Below, one piece after another: positions 9,813 to 18,372 of a stretch of 64,000 nt of DNA. How positions within the stretch are numbered: the first letter of the stretch is position 1; every line of letters begins with the position of its first letter. Origin of the DNA: an uncultured Acidobacteriota bacterium (lineage in GTDB: Bacteria > Acidobacteriota > Vicinamibacteria > Vicinamibacterales > UBA2999). The notes beneath the pieces are model-generated. The model was not told the DNA's origin. It saw only the letters and a list, made by a program, of their open reading frames with translations, and ran no database searches. Both the position numbers and the translations under genes were made by a program. Where the stretch lies: assembly GCA_963713655.1 (NCBI GenBank), contig CAVQMT010000046.1, positions 1,946-65,945 on the forward strand, given 5' to 3'.

Positions 9813-10220
9813 ATGAGAACGCTTTTGAGTCTGCTGACCGTCCTGATCGTGGCCGCGCCGCTGCGGGCGCACCACTCGTTTGCCGCCACTTACGACGTGA
9901 ACAAACCGGTGACCTTCACAGGGGCCGTGACGAAGGTCGAGTTCCGCAACCCGCACATTTGGGTATTCCTCGACGTCAAGGACGGCGACAAGGTCACCAA
10001 CTGGGGGTGCGAGGGCGGCGCGCCCATCCAACTCTTCCGCCAAGGCTGGCGACCCGACACGTTGAAACAGGGCGACGAAATCTCGGTCGAGGGGTTCGCC
10101 GCCCGCGACGGAAAGCCGGTCTGCAACATGCGGGTGATAAAAACCGGCGAGGGCCGCCGCGTCTTTGCCGGCGCCAACGACGGCGGGCCCGGCGGGGCAC
10201 CGGCCGGCACGGTTCGATAG
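9813..10220 (+). CDS. DUF6152-like small periplasmic protein
   Basis: MRTLLSLLTVLIVAAPLRAHHSFAATYDVNKPVTFTGAVTKVEFRNPHIWVFLDV... It is a paralogue of 44169..44579. The family name is from memory. Confidence 0.65.
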   Translation: MRTLLSLLTVLIVAAPLRAHHSFAATYDVNKPVTFTGAVTKVEFRNPHIWVFLDVKDGDKVTNWGCEGGAPIQLFRQGWRPDTLKQGDEISVEGFAARDGKPVCNMRVIKTGEGRRVFAGANDGGPGGAPAGTVR

Positions 10221-10228
10221 GAGGCGAC

Positions 10229-11126
10229 ATGGACACGACTTGTCTCGCAAGGTGGTGTGCGGCGTCAGCCGGGGCCAGCGTCGTCGTCGCAAGCACGCTT
10301 CGGATGGACCGTGACGGCGCAGAGCAGTCGTGGCTCGCAAGCGGCACGCCCCTACGTTCAGGCCGGACCGGAGCCCAATGGCACGCCTGTACCGCGCACG
10401 GCATGGGGCAAGGCAGATCTCTCCGGCGTGTGGAACAAGCGCCCGCACGGTGGCACCAACATGGCGCTCGGCATCCAGCCGCTGCCGTTCACCCCGGCGG
10501 GGCTGAAGGTCTACAACGACGTATGGAACGAGATCGACCCAACCAGCCGCTGCGTATTCCCAGGCGTGCCGCGGGTGAACAATTCGCCCTACCCGGTGCA
10601 GATCATCCACCTGCCCGACAAGGTGATCTTCCATTACGAATACATGCACAACTTCAGGCTGATCCACACCGACGGCCGGCCCCACCCCAAGGAGATTCTG
10701 CCGTCGCTCATGGGCCACTCAGTCGGCCGGTGGGACGGCGACACACTGGTCATCGACACCATCGGGCTCACCGACCGCACCTGGCTCGACGACCACGGCA
10801 ACCGACACAGCGACGCGCTGCACGTGATCGAACGGTTCCGCCGCGTCAGCGCCGATCAACTGCGCTACGACGCGACTATCGACGACCCCAAGTTCTATAC
10901 GAAGCAATGGAGCAACGGCTGGATCATGCCGCTCTCGCCGGCGGACTGGGAAATCGGCGAGTACGCGTGTACCGACTTCAACCAGGCCAACGACGGCGGG
11001 CACCTCCAGCCCGGTCCGCTCGACGGCTCGCTGCGTAACGGCACGGCCATGCCACTGCCACCGCCTGCGCCTCGCGGGGGCGGGACCGGACCGGGCGGCG
11101 GCGCCAACCTGCCGCCAGGCCGCTGA
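10229..11126 (+). CDS. conserved hypothetical periplasmic protein (partner of DUF6152-like gene), frameshifted in signal peptide
   Basis: A strong SD (GGAGG 10220-10224) precedes ATG 10229 (MDTTCLARWCAASAGASVVVAS). The body lies in track ORF 10257..11126, with a shift at about 10290-10305. Motifs RCVFPGVPR, GRWDGDTLVIDT, HSDALHVIERF and DDPKFYTKQW are shared with both halves of 42534..44172. Confidence 0.6.
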
Positions 11127-11180
11127 CAACCTCGCTACGCGCTGGGGTCAGCTGCTTGATGATCTGCGGCGGGCTCGGCG

Positions 11181-12849
11181 TTATCGGCAGGGTCCCCACA
11201 CCACGGAACCGCCTGCGCCAGCCGCGGGGCATTCCGTGGCGGCCGACCCCATCGCCTTGATGAACGCGGCCATCGGCACAGGCTTGCCGTGCACCGGCGC
11301 GATCGTGGCCACGTCCAGATTCAGCGTCCGCATCGTGCGGTAGAGCGTCGTCATTGCCGGCGTGGGCGCGGCTGGCGCCGGTTCGTGCGTGTCGAACAGG
11401 TTGGCCTGCATGACGATCTTCTCGCCTGGCAGATAGGCCATCGCCATACCCTCGGCGTGCCGCAGCGGCTGCACGTAATAGACCTGCAGCAGGCGCGAGC
11501 CGTCGGTGATGACGTAGTTCTCGTTGAAGCTCTCGTAGTTGTAGCCCTCGGCCACCTCGGTCGGCGGCCACAGGCTGACCATGTCGGGCAGCACGGTGCG
11601 CGGGCGGTAATTCAAGACGTCGCGATTCAGGAAGGTGATGTTCTTCCGCTGCGTGACGATGGTGGCGCCGATGTGCAGATAGGTGCGGATGCCGCCGATG
11701 TGGTCGAAGTGCTGGTGCGAATTCACCAGGTAGCGGATCGGCTTGCCCGGCATCAGCTTGGCGATCTGCTCGATCACGGCCAGGCTCCGCGCTTCGCTGG
11801 TCGGCGCTTCGAACACGGCGACGAAGTTCCGGAACTCCATCGCGACGCTGTTCGCCGGGCCGCCGCCGAGCAGATACACACCCTCGGCCAGCTTCTCGAC
11901 GGTCACCGCCGGCGGCCCGGGCTGCGCCGCGCGCACCGATTCCGGAACCGCCACCGCGCGCCGCAATTGTTGGGCTCGACCTTCGAGAAGTTTCCGCCGA
12001 ACGCGTTGTGCCCGGCGGTCACGTTCTCGAAGCCGAAGTTGTCGTCCCAGCCCTGGTGCGAGTGCCAGGCGATCGGGAACTTCACGCTGCCGAACGTCTG
12101 CTGATCGGTGGACTCGTGCTCGTAGTTGAAGTCGCCGAGCGCCGGCTCGGCCACCATCGTGTGGATCCGCTGGATCTGGTTCTGCTTGTTCACGGTGGCG
12201 TCGATCCGGTACTTGCCGAACGTGATCGACACCACGTGGACTCTGTCGGGCACGGTGGTCGGACCGTCGCGCCCCATCTCGCCCAGTTCCCACCGCCACA
12301 CGGCTCTCGGGTTCGCGCCGGGCAGCCGCGCGGCCTTGATGAAGCCGTGCGGGTTCATCCAGATCTCGAGTTGGCCGAGCGACACGTCCTCGGGCGACAT
12401 CGCGACGGGCGCACCCCCGGTCCCGTCGATGTGCCAACCGTGATCGCCACTGACGATGAAGGTCTGGTGCAGGTTCTTCTGGATCGGCGTGCCGTCCTGC
12501 CAGCCGAGCCCGTATTTCCACGACGCCGGGTTCAACCCGGGCTTGCGATCGAACTCCTCCACGATCGTGCGCGTGGCGTAGTTGATCTGCGGCGGTAGTT
12601 GGCCAGCGAGTCGATACGCGGCCAGTCGATGTTGACGCCGGACTCGAAGGCCTGCCCCACGGCGCCGGCGTAGCCGGTGCCAGAAAAGGTGACGCACTGG
12701 AGGTTGGCCTCGCCAATCTCCTTGGCCGCGGCAGCCAGGACGGGCGCGGGATCCACAAAGCCGGGCGGAAACGCCGGCGGCGTATTTTGCTGCGCCGCCG
12801 CTGTGACGGCCAACAGGCCGGCGATGCCCACGCCTGACAGGACTCGCAT
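11181..12849 (-). CDS. MBL-fold metallo-hydrolase with N-terminal extra domain, two frameshifts
   Basis: The signal peptide MRVLSGVGIAGLLAVTAAAQ is in ORF 12532..12849. The middle part is in ORF 11903..12697. The C-terminal MBL domain with the NSHQHFDHIGG motif is in ORF 11181..13091. Shifts are at about 12590 and about 11960. Confidence 0.75.
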
Positions 12850-13074
12850 CTCGCTCCGCCTCCGGGCGAGATGTTAACGCACACCCGACAGGCCGGGAGC
12901 AGGAGAAGAGCCGCTCGTGCTACGATGGTCCGTCGGATCTTCCCAGGCTCGCCGCCCTTCAAGCCAAGCACAGCCACCATACGAAATCCGCCCGGAGCAC
13001 CTGGCTCCGCTCGCACGACGCGCGCCGTACCGGCCGCGAACCGTGTCCGTTTACGTGGTCTGCAGCGACGTTTG

Positions 13075-13106
13075 GGAAACGCTCCAGCCAATTCGGGAGT
13101 GTTTCC
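13075..13106 (+). promoter_or_regulatory. RBS-sequestering hairpin abutting the rhlE start codon
   Basis: ggaaacgctcc (13075-13085) pairs with ggagtgtttcc (13096-13106), giving 11 bp including one G-U. The 3' arm contains the only SD-like GGGAG and ends 1 nt before ATG 13107. Confidence 0.35.
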
Positions 13107-14351
13107 ATGTCCTTTTCAGATCTCGGCCTCGCGCCATCCTTGTGTCACCCGCTCGCCCGCAAGGGCTATGACCTGCCCACGCCGGTCCAGACCCAATCCA
13201 TCCCGCTGGTTCTCAGCGGCACCGATCTCCTGGCGCGGGCCCAGACCGGCACCGGCAAGACGGCCGCGTTCGGGCTGCCGATGATCGAGCGCCTGCTCCT
13301 GCGCAGCACTCGCCATGCCTCGACGCGTGCCCCGCGCGGGCTGGTGCTCGTCCCCACCCGCGAGCTGGCACTTCAAGTCGAGCGGGCGCTCGCGACCTAC
13401 GGGTCACCGCTGCGGGTGCGCGTGACTGCCATCTATGGCGGCGTGCCCATGGGACCGCAAAAGAAGGCGCTGCAGCAAGGCACCGATATCGTGGTGGCCA
13501 CGCCGGGCCGGCTGCTGGATCACATGAAGCAGCGCACGATCGACCTGTCGGCCATCGAGATCCTGACGCTGGACGAAGCCGATCGGATGCTGGACATGGG
13601 CTTCCTGCCGCCGCTCAGGAAGGTGATCCCCGCGCTGCCGCGCACGCGCCAGACGCTGATGTTCTCGGCCACCTTCTCCAAGGAGGTCATTACCTTGGCC
13701 GGCGAGTTCACGCGGGATGCGGCGCGTGTGGACGTATCGGACGGCCAGGTGGTCGCGCCCACGGTGACCCACCGCATGCATCCGGTGTCGCAGGAACGCA
13801 AGCGCGACCTGCTGGTTCACGTCCTGACCCAGGCCCCGGTCGGCCAGGCGCTCGTCTTCTGCAAGACCAAGCGCGGGTCGGATCGCGTCGGCGACGGCCT
13901 CGAGCAGGCCGGCATCAAGGTGGCCGTGATCCACGGGAACAAGAGTCAGGGCGCCCGCAAGCGCGCGCTGCTCGACTTCAAGACCGGCCGTGTCACGACG
14001 CTGGTGGCCACCGACATCGCGGCGCGCGGCCTCGACATCGTGCAGCTGCCGCTGGTCGTGAACTACGACCTGCCGCTCGTCGCCGACGATTACATCCACC
14101 GCGTCGGCCGCACCGGCCGAGCGGGACACGCGGGTCGAGCCGTCTCGCTGGTCACCGCCGCCGACCGTTCGCTGCTGGCCGACATCCAGCGCCGCCTGCC
14201 AGCGCCAATCGAACAGGTGGCCGTGGACGGCTTCGCGGCCGGAGCGGCGCTGGGCGCCGGGCCAGGCGCCGCACCCCGGCATCGGCAACAGCGGCAGGCA
14301 CCGCGCCGGGGCACATTCCGGCCGTCGCGGCCGGCCGGCCGAAGGTTCTAG
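13107..14351 (+). CDS. rhlE: ATP-dependent DEAD-box RNA helicase
   Basis: Q motif (PTPVQ), motif I AQTGTGKT, DEAD (LDEADRML), SAT, and HRVGRTGRAG. The C-terminal tail is basic. The gene is intact. Confidence 0.9.
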   Translation: MSFSDLGLAPSLCHPLARKGYDLPTPVQTQSIPLVLSGTDLLARAQTGTGKTAAFGLPMIERLLLRSTRHASTRAPRGLVLVPTRELALQVERALATYGSPLRVRVTAIYGGVPMGPQKKALQQGTDIVVATPGRLLDHMKQRTIDLSAIEILTLDEADRMLDMGFLPPLRKVIPALPRTRQTLMFSATFSKEVITLAGEFTRDAARVDVSDGQVVAPTVTHRMHPVSQERKRDLLVHVLTQAPVGQALVFCKTKRGSDRVGDGLEQAGIKVAVIHGNKSQGARKRALLDFKTGRVTTLVATDIAARGLDIVQLPLVVNYDLPLVADDYIHRVGRTGRAGHAGRAVSLVTAADRSLLADIQRRLPAPIEQVAVDGFAAGAALGAGPGAAPRHRQQRQAPRRGTFRPSRPAGRRF

Positions 14352-14417
14352 ACTGACGAATCCGTAAGCGCCGTAGCGGATCCGTAACATCCTGCCAAGC
14401 ATAGAGTCGTAAAAAGT

Positions 14418-14434
14418 CCCCGCGTCGCGCGGGG
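14418..14434. terminator. GC hairpin with flanking A-run and short T-run
   Basis: ccccgcg-tcg-cgcgggg, preceded by aaaaagt and followed by tt. It lies 67 nt after the rhlE stop. Confidence 0.35.
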
Positions 14435-14480
14435 TTCACGGCTGGCTGGCGATTTGCGCGGGAATCCTCGAGCCCACGGC

Positions 14481-15911
14481 ATGCGCACGCTGGTTCTTGT
14501 CGCCGCCCTCGTCGTTTGCGTCCCTGGCCTTTTGGCGGCCCAGTCGCCAGCGGTCTCGACCGAGGCCCGCAGCGGTGAACGGCCCGACGAGGCCCGGACT
14601 ACCGCGGCGGCTATCGAAGCCGTCGTGCGCGCCGACTACACGAAGGCCGCCACGCTGCTCAAGCCGCTCGTGGACAACTGGAACGGGAGCGTCAGCGAGG
14701 CGGCGGCGTTCTTCCTGGCGACGCTGTACGAGAACGGCCTGGGCGTGCCGCAGGACCTGCCGCGCGCCTGCGCGCTCTACACGCGGCTTCATGGCGGGAC
14801 ACGGGCCGTTCGCCCGGCTGGCTGAACCGCTCGCCCGCGCGCAGATGACGGATCGGCTCAACCCCGAGCAGACCCGTCGAATGCGTGATGCTGGCCAACG
14901 TCGGCGTCAACCACGGGTTCGCGCCTGCGCGCTTCAGCCTCGACGCCGACCGCTCGGTGGCGATCGAACTGTCGAACAAGAAGCAGGAGGTCGTGGCGAC
15001 TGTTTCGCAACAGGGCGAGGAGAAAACGTTTCCGCTCCAGGCGGCGCTCGGCTCCGGATCCGTCTTCCTGCCGATCGAACACACGGTGCTCGAATGGCCA
15101 CGAGGCTCCGGCTCGCTGCGCCATTTCGTCGAAGTGGCCGCGTGGGTGCCGCTGCCGGACGCCCGCTGGCAGCTGGCGTGGACGCTGGCGGAGATCGCGG
15201 ACAAGCAGGTCTTGACCGTCGCAGAGGGAGCGCTGACGACGATCGTCGGCGAGACGCGGCCCTCCGACGTGTCCGTCCGTCTCCGGGAGCTGGTGACGCT
15301 CGAAGTGAACGAGGCTGGATCGGTGGAGTTCGCCATCCTCAACGGCACCGACGCGACCCGTGAACGGGTGCCGGACGTGGTGGAGCGCCGTGAACGGGAA
15401 GACGAGCTGCAACGGCGGCGCGCCGCGGACCAGAAGGTCAATTGGAAACGGCGTCGGGACCCCGGCCGCGCGCCATCGTTCGCCTACACGGACTCCCAAG
15501 CGTGCGGAGGGATCCTGCTGTCAGGCTGGTCGGCCGAGCGCGCCGAGTCGATTGCCATCCGCGCCGACCGGTTCTTCCTGGAGCAGACCCCGTCGCCGCG
15601 AAGTTTCGACCTGGCCGCCTTGCCGCCGGAGATCGAGGTCGTGGTCAACGTGTTCGAACAGGGGCAGCGTGGCTGGAGCGCCTGCTCGGACGTCACGACG
15701 ATCGGCCAGGACCAGCATCAGGAGACCTGGCGGGCGGTCAGCGGCACGATGCGCATCGACCTGTCACCGGCGGGCGCGCGCGACGGCGCCGCAAGTCCAG
15801 TGCGGGCTACGATCCAGATCGACGACGCCGAATTCAGAGGCCCGGCCGGCACCAGCCGCGCGGCGCAACCGATCAAGGTCTCAGCCGTGGCCGTCGCGGC
15901 CGGTGCCCTGA
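14481..15911 (+). CDS. secreted Sel1-repeat-containing hypothetical protein, about three frame breaks
   Basis: MRTLVLVAALVVCVPGLLAAQ is a signal peptide. The Sel1-like motif is FFLATLYENGLGVPQDLPRACALY. The body is in ORF 14885..16321, with shifts at about 14790 and about 14880. Removing one c from the ccc run at 15905-15907 gives ...AVAVAAGA* with TGA at 15909-15911. Confidence 0.55.
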
Positions 15912-15913
15912 GA

Positions 15914-16303
15914 TCACGCGCGGGGGATGTCGGTCCGCGCGAAATCGGCGCCGACAAACAGCAGGGAGTCGTGGGCCGCCGCGGCCGCCCCGTACGACAG
16001 GCAGTCGCCGAAGTTGAGGTTCGCCGGATGCCGGCCTCGGCCAAAGCGGAGGAAAGCATCGATCGCGGCCTCGTATTCGCGTTCGCCGAACGCGACGACC
16101 GTGACACCCAACTCCTTGACCAAAGCATCAACGGTTGGCGCCGCTGGCAGCCGCGGACGCCGTCCCGCCAGCACCAGCACGGTCTCGACCAGGGTCGGCG
16201 ACCCCACGCGGACGTGGTCGGCTTCGAGAATGCGATCGATGAGCTCGAGGTGACCAGCTTCCGAGAACAGAATCGCCAGCAGCGCGGACGAGTCGAGCGT
16301 CAT
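15914..16303 (-). CDS. vapC: type II toxin VapC (PIN-domain ribonuclease)
   Basis: 129 aa beginning MTLDSSALLAILFSE..., with ...FGDCLSYGAA... It has the PIN acidic residue pattern. Its ATG overlaps the vapB stop by 4 nt. Confidence 0.85.
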   Translation of the reverse strand: MTLDSSALLAILFSEAGHLELIDRILEADHVRVGSPTLVETVLVLAGRRPRLPAAPTVDALVKELGVTVVAFGEREYEAAIDAFLRFGRGRHPANLNFGDCLSYGAAAAAHDSLLFVGADFARTDIPRA

Positions 16304-16569
16304 ACGCCGCCTGGTCCGTAGCCGAGGATCGCGTCTTCTTCTTCGCGGGACAAGCGGCGGCCGCGCTCCTTTGGCGGCAAGCTCGCCCACACCTTGTCCT
16401 CGAGGAAACGCAGCACCCGGGCGCGGCGGGCGCGCGGCGAGGCGCTCTTCAGGCGCCGGCGGCGCTCGTCGAGCGCGCGGCGGATGGCCTCGGTCTTCGA
16501 CTCGCCGGTTAGCCGCGCAACCTCGGCTGCCAGGCGCTCGACCTCGTCGTTCTTGATGTTCAACGGCAT
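16300..16569 (-). CDS. vapB: type II antitoxin VapB
   Basis: MPLNIKNDEVERLAAEVARLTGESKTEAIRRAL... has the VapB/PSK-like N-terminus. It sits immediately upstream of vapC. Confidence 0.8.
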   Translation of the reverse strand: MPLNIKNDEVERLAAEVARLTGESKTEAIRRALDERRRRLKSASPRARRARVLRFLEDKVWASLPPKERGRRLSREEEDAILGYGPGGV

Positions 16570-16684
16570 GGATACACCATGGTATACCGATGGTGGTGTA
16601 GAGGTGTAACGCGCCGATGGGCCCACAGTTCCGACAAATCTTCAGGGGGTTCGGGAGAGCCACGCTAGTATCAACTCGACGGCC

Positions 16685-18004
16685 ATGTCCCTCGCGGTCC
16701 GACTGAGCTCTCGCGTGCAGGAATCCGATCGGCGCCAGCAACCGGTGCAAGGCAAGAAAGGCCACTCGAGCGGCGTCTACCTGTGGCCGCTCGCCGTTGC
16801 GCTCTTCGCCACCTCGGTTGCGTCGGCCTGCGGCCTTTCCTCGCCCGATCAGTCCAGCCCGGCGCCTCGTACCGGGCTGAACCATGGTCGCGGCGCGCCG
16901 CCGCTCGCCCACGTCACCCAGACTCCCGGCGCGGCGCTCGAACCGAGCCTCGCGACATTCCAGGACGGGTTCGTGGTGGCGTGGTACGACACACGTGACG
17001 GCCACAGCGAGATCTACGCCCGGGCGCTGTCGGCGGACGCAACCCCAGCCGGCCCCGAGTGGCGCCTGACCAGCACCGACCACGACGCCTTCGAGGCCGA
17101 CGTGCACGCTCTCGGTGAGCGCGATTTCGTCATCGGCTGGTACGAGAAGACCTCTCAGGCCGTGCTAGTGCCACGCATGGGCCGGTGGTCCCGCGACGGC
17201 CAGCAAAGCTGGGTCGAAACGCTTGCCCCCAACGGCCGCAACCCCGTGGTTCGCGTGGACGGCGACCTCGTCTTCGTTGCGTGGGTGCAGGACGAAGAGA
17301 AGGCTCGCGCCGGCGTGTGGGCTGGCTGGTGGCGTGCTACCGGAGAGGTAGCCGTACCTGCCCGCCGGGTCGCTGACGCGAGCCGCACGACCTGGAATCT
17401 CAACGCTGCCGTGGCGCCCGGGTCCACGCCCGTCGCGCCGCGTGCGTGGGTCGTGTTCGACGCGAAGGTGGGCTCGCGGTCCGACGAGATCTTCCTCGTA
17501 GAGGTGGGGTCTGCCAGGCCTGTCACGCGGTTGACCCCCGACGACGGCGTCTCCTCCAAGTACCCGGACGCGAGCCCGGCGGGCGATCGGGTGGCGATCA
17601 CCTGGTTCGACACGGTGGACACCAACGAGGATGTCTACCTGGCCGTGGGACTCGCCTCGCAGTTGCTGCGGCACGACGGGCTCAGCACCGCAAAAACCAC
17701 GCGCGTCACCTCGACGCCGGGGCACTCGATCGGTGCCTACGTCACCTGGAACGGGCCACGGGTGGGCCTGGCGTGGTGCGACGACACCGTCGGTCAACAC
17801 GAGGTCTACGTCCAGACATTCGATCCATCCGGTCGGCCGCAGGCGCGCCCGCAGCGCCTCACCGAGACGCAGGACGGGGCGCTGATTCCCGCGATCGAGC
17901 CGTGGCGTTCGGGCTTCGCGATGGCATGGACCGAGCGTGAAGCCGCGCAGACCGGCGCCCATGCGAACGGGCGGGCGCAGATCGCGGTGCGGGTGGTTCC
18001 CTAG
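16685..18004 (+). CDS. lipoprotein, probable beta-propeller (repeated W-x-D/E...(E/D)(I/V)Y blades)
   Basis: Lipobox LFATSVASAC. Repeats include VAWYDTRDGHSEIYA, ITWFDTVDTNEDVYL and LAWCDDTVGQHEVYV. The start may instead be GTG 16745. Confidence 0.55.
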   Translation: MSLAVRLSSRVQESDRRQQPVQGKKGHSSGVYLWPLAVALFATSVASACGLSSPDQSSPAPRTGLNHGRGAPPLAHVTQTPGAALEPSLATFQDGFVVAWYDTRDGHSEIYARALSADATPAGPEWRLTSTDHDAFEADVHALGERDFVIGWYEKTSQAVLVPRMGRWSRDGQQSWVETLAPNGRNPVVRVDGDLVFVAWVQDEEKARAGVWAGWWRATGEVAVPARRVADASRTTWNLNAAVAPGSTPVAPRAWVVFDAKVGSRSDEIFLVEVGSARPVTRLTPDDGVSSKYPDASPAGDRVAITWFDTVDTNEDVYLAVGLASQLLRHDGLSTAKTTRVTSTPGHSIGAYVTWNGPRVGLAWCDDTVGQHEVYVQTFDPSGRPQARPQRLTETQDGALIPAIEPWRSGFAMAWTEREAAQTGAHANGRAQIAVRVVP

Positions 18005-18013
18005 GGGCTGCCA

Positions 18014-18041
18014 GTCTTCGGTCTTCGGTCTTCAGTCTTCA
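18014..18041. repeat. heptamer tandem repeat, 4 x GTCTTC(G/A)
   Basis: gtcttcg gtcttcg gtcttca gtcttca. The array starts 10 nt after the stop at 18002-18004 and lies just upstream of the riboswitch. Confidence 0.95.
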
Positions 18042-18045
18042 GTCG

Positions 18046-18243
18046 AGATGGTGTGTTACCCTCGTGGTCGCCTTGGGTGCCCACGAGGGCATAACGGGGA
18101 AGTCCGGTGCAAGTCCGGCGCGGTCCCGCCACTGTGAGTGAAGGAGCGCCGCTTCGAACAGCCACTCGGCCTGTCGGCCGGGGAAGGTGAAGCGGCCCGC
18201 GAGCGAAGTGCTCGCGGCCTTCCGAGCCAGGAGACCTACCCAG
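18046..18243 (+). promoter_or_regulatory. cobalamin (B12) riboswitch
   Basis: The hairpin is ccctcgtgg...ccacgaggg. The core is GGGGAAGTCCGGTGCAAGTCCGGCGCGGTCCCGCCACTGTGA, with the B12 box GCCACTG at 18128-18134. Downstream elements are GCCACTCGG...CCGGGGAAGG and a 3' GCCAGGAGACCTACC. It sits upstream of a TonB-dependent receptor. Confidence 0.85.
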
Positions 18244-18372
18244 GGATTCCTGCGGTCGACTTTCTGCGACGACAGAAAGCATGCCTTGGAGACTGCGCTG
18301 CCAGCCGTCTCCCATCGCACCTCTCTTACGTCGCCGCCGTCGGTCTGCCGTGCGCTCGCGGAGGCAACGTCC

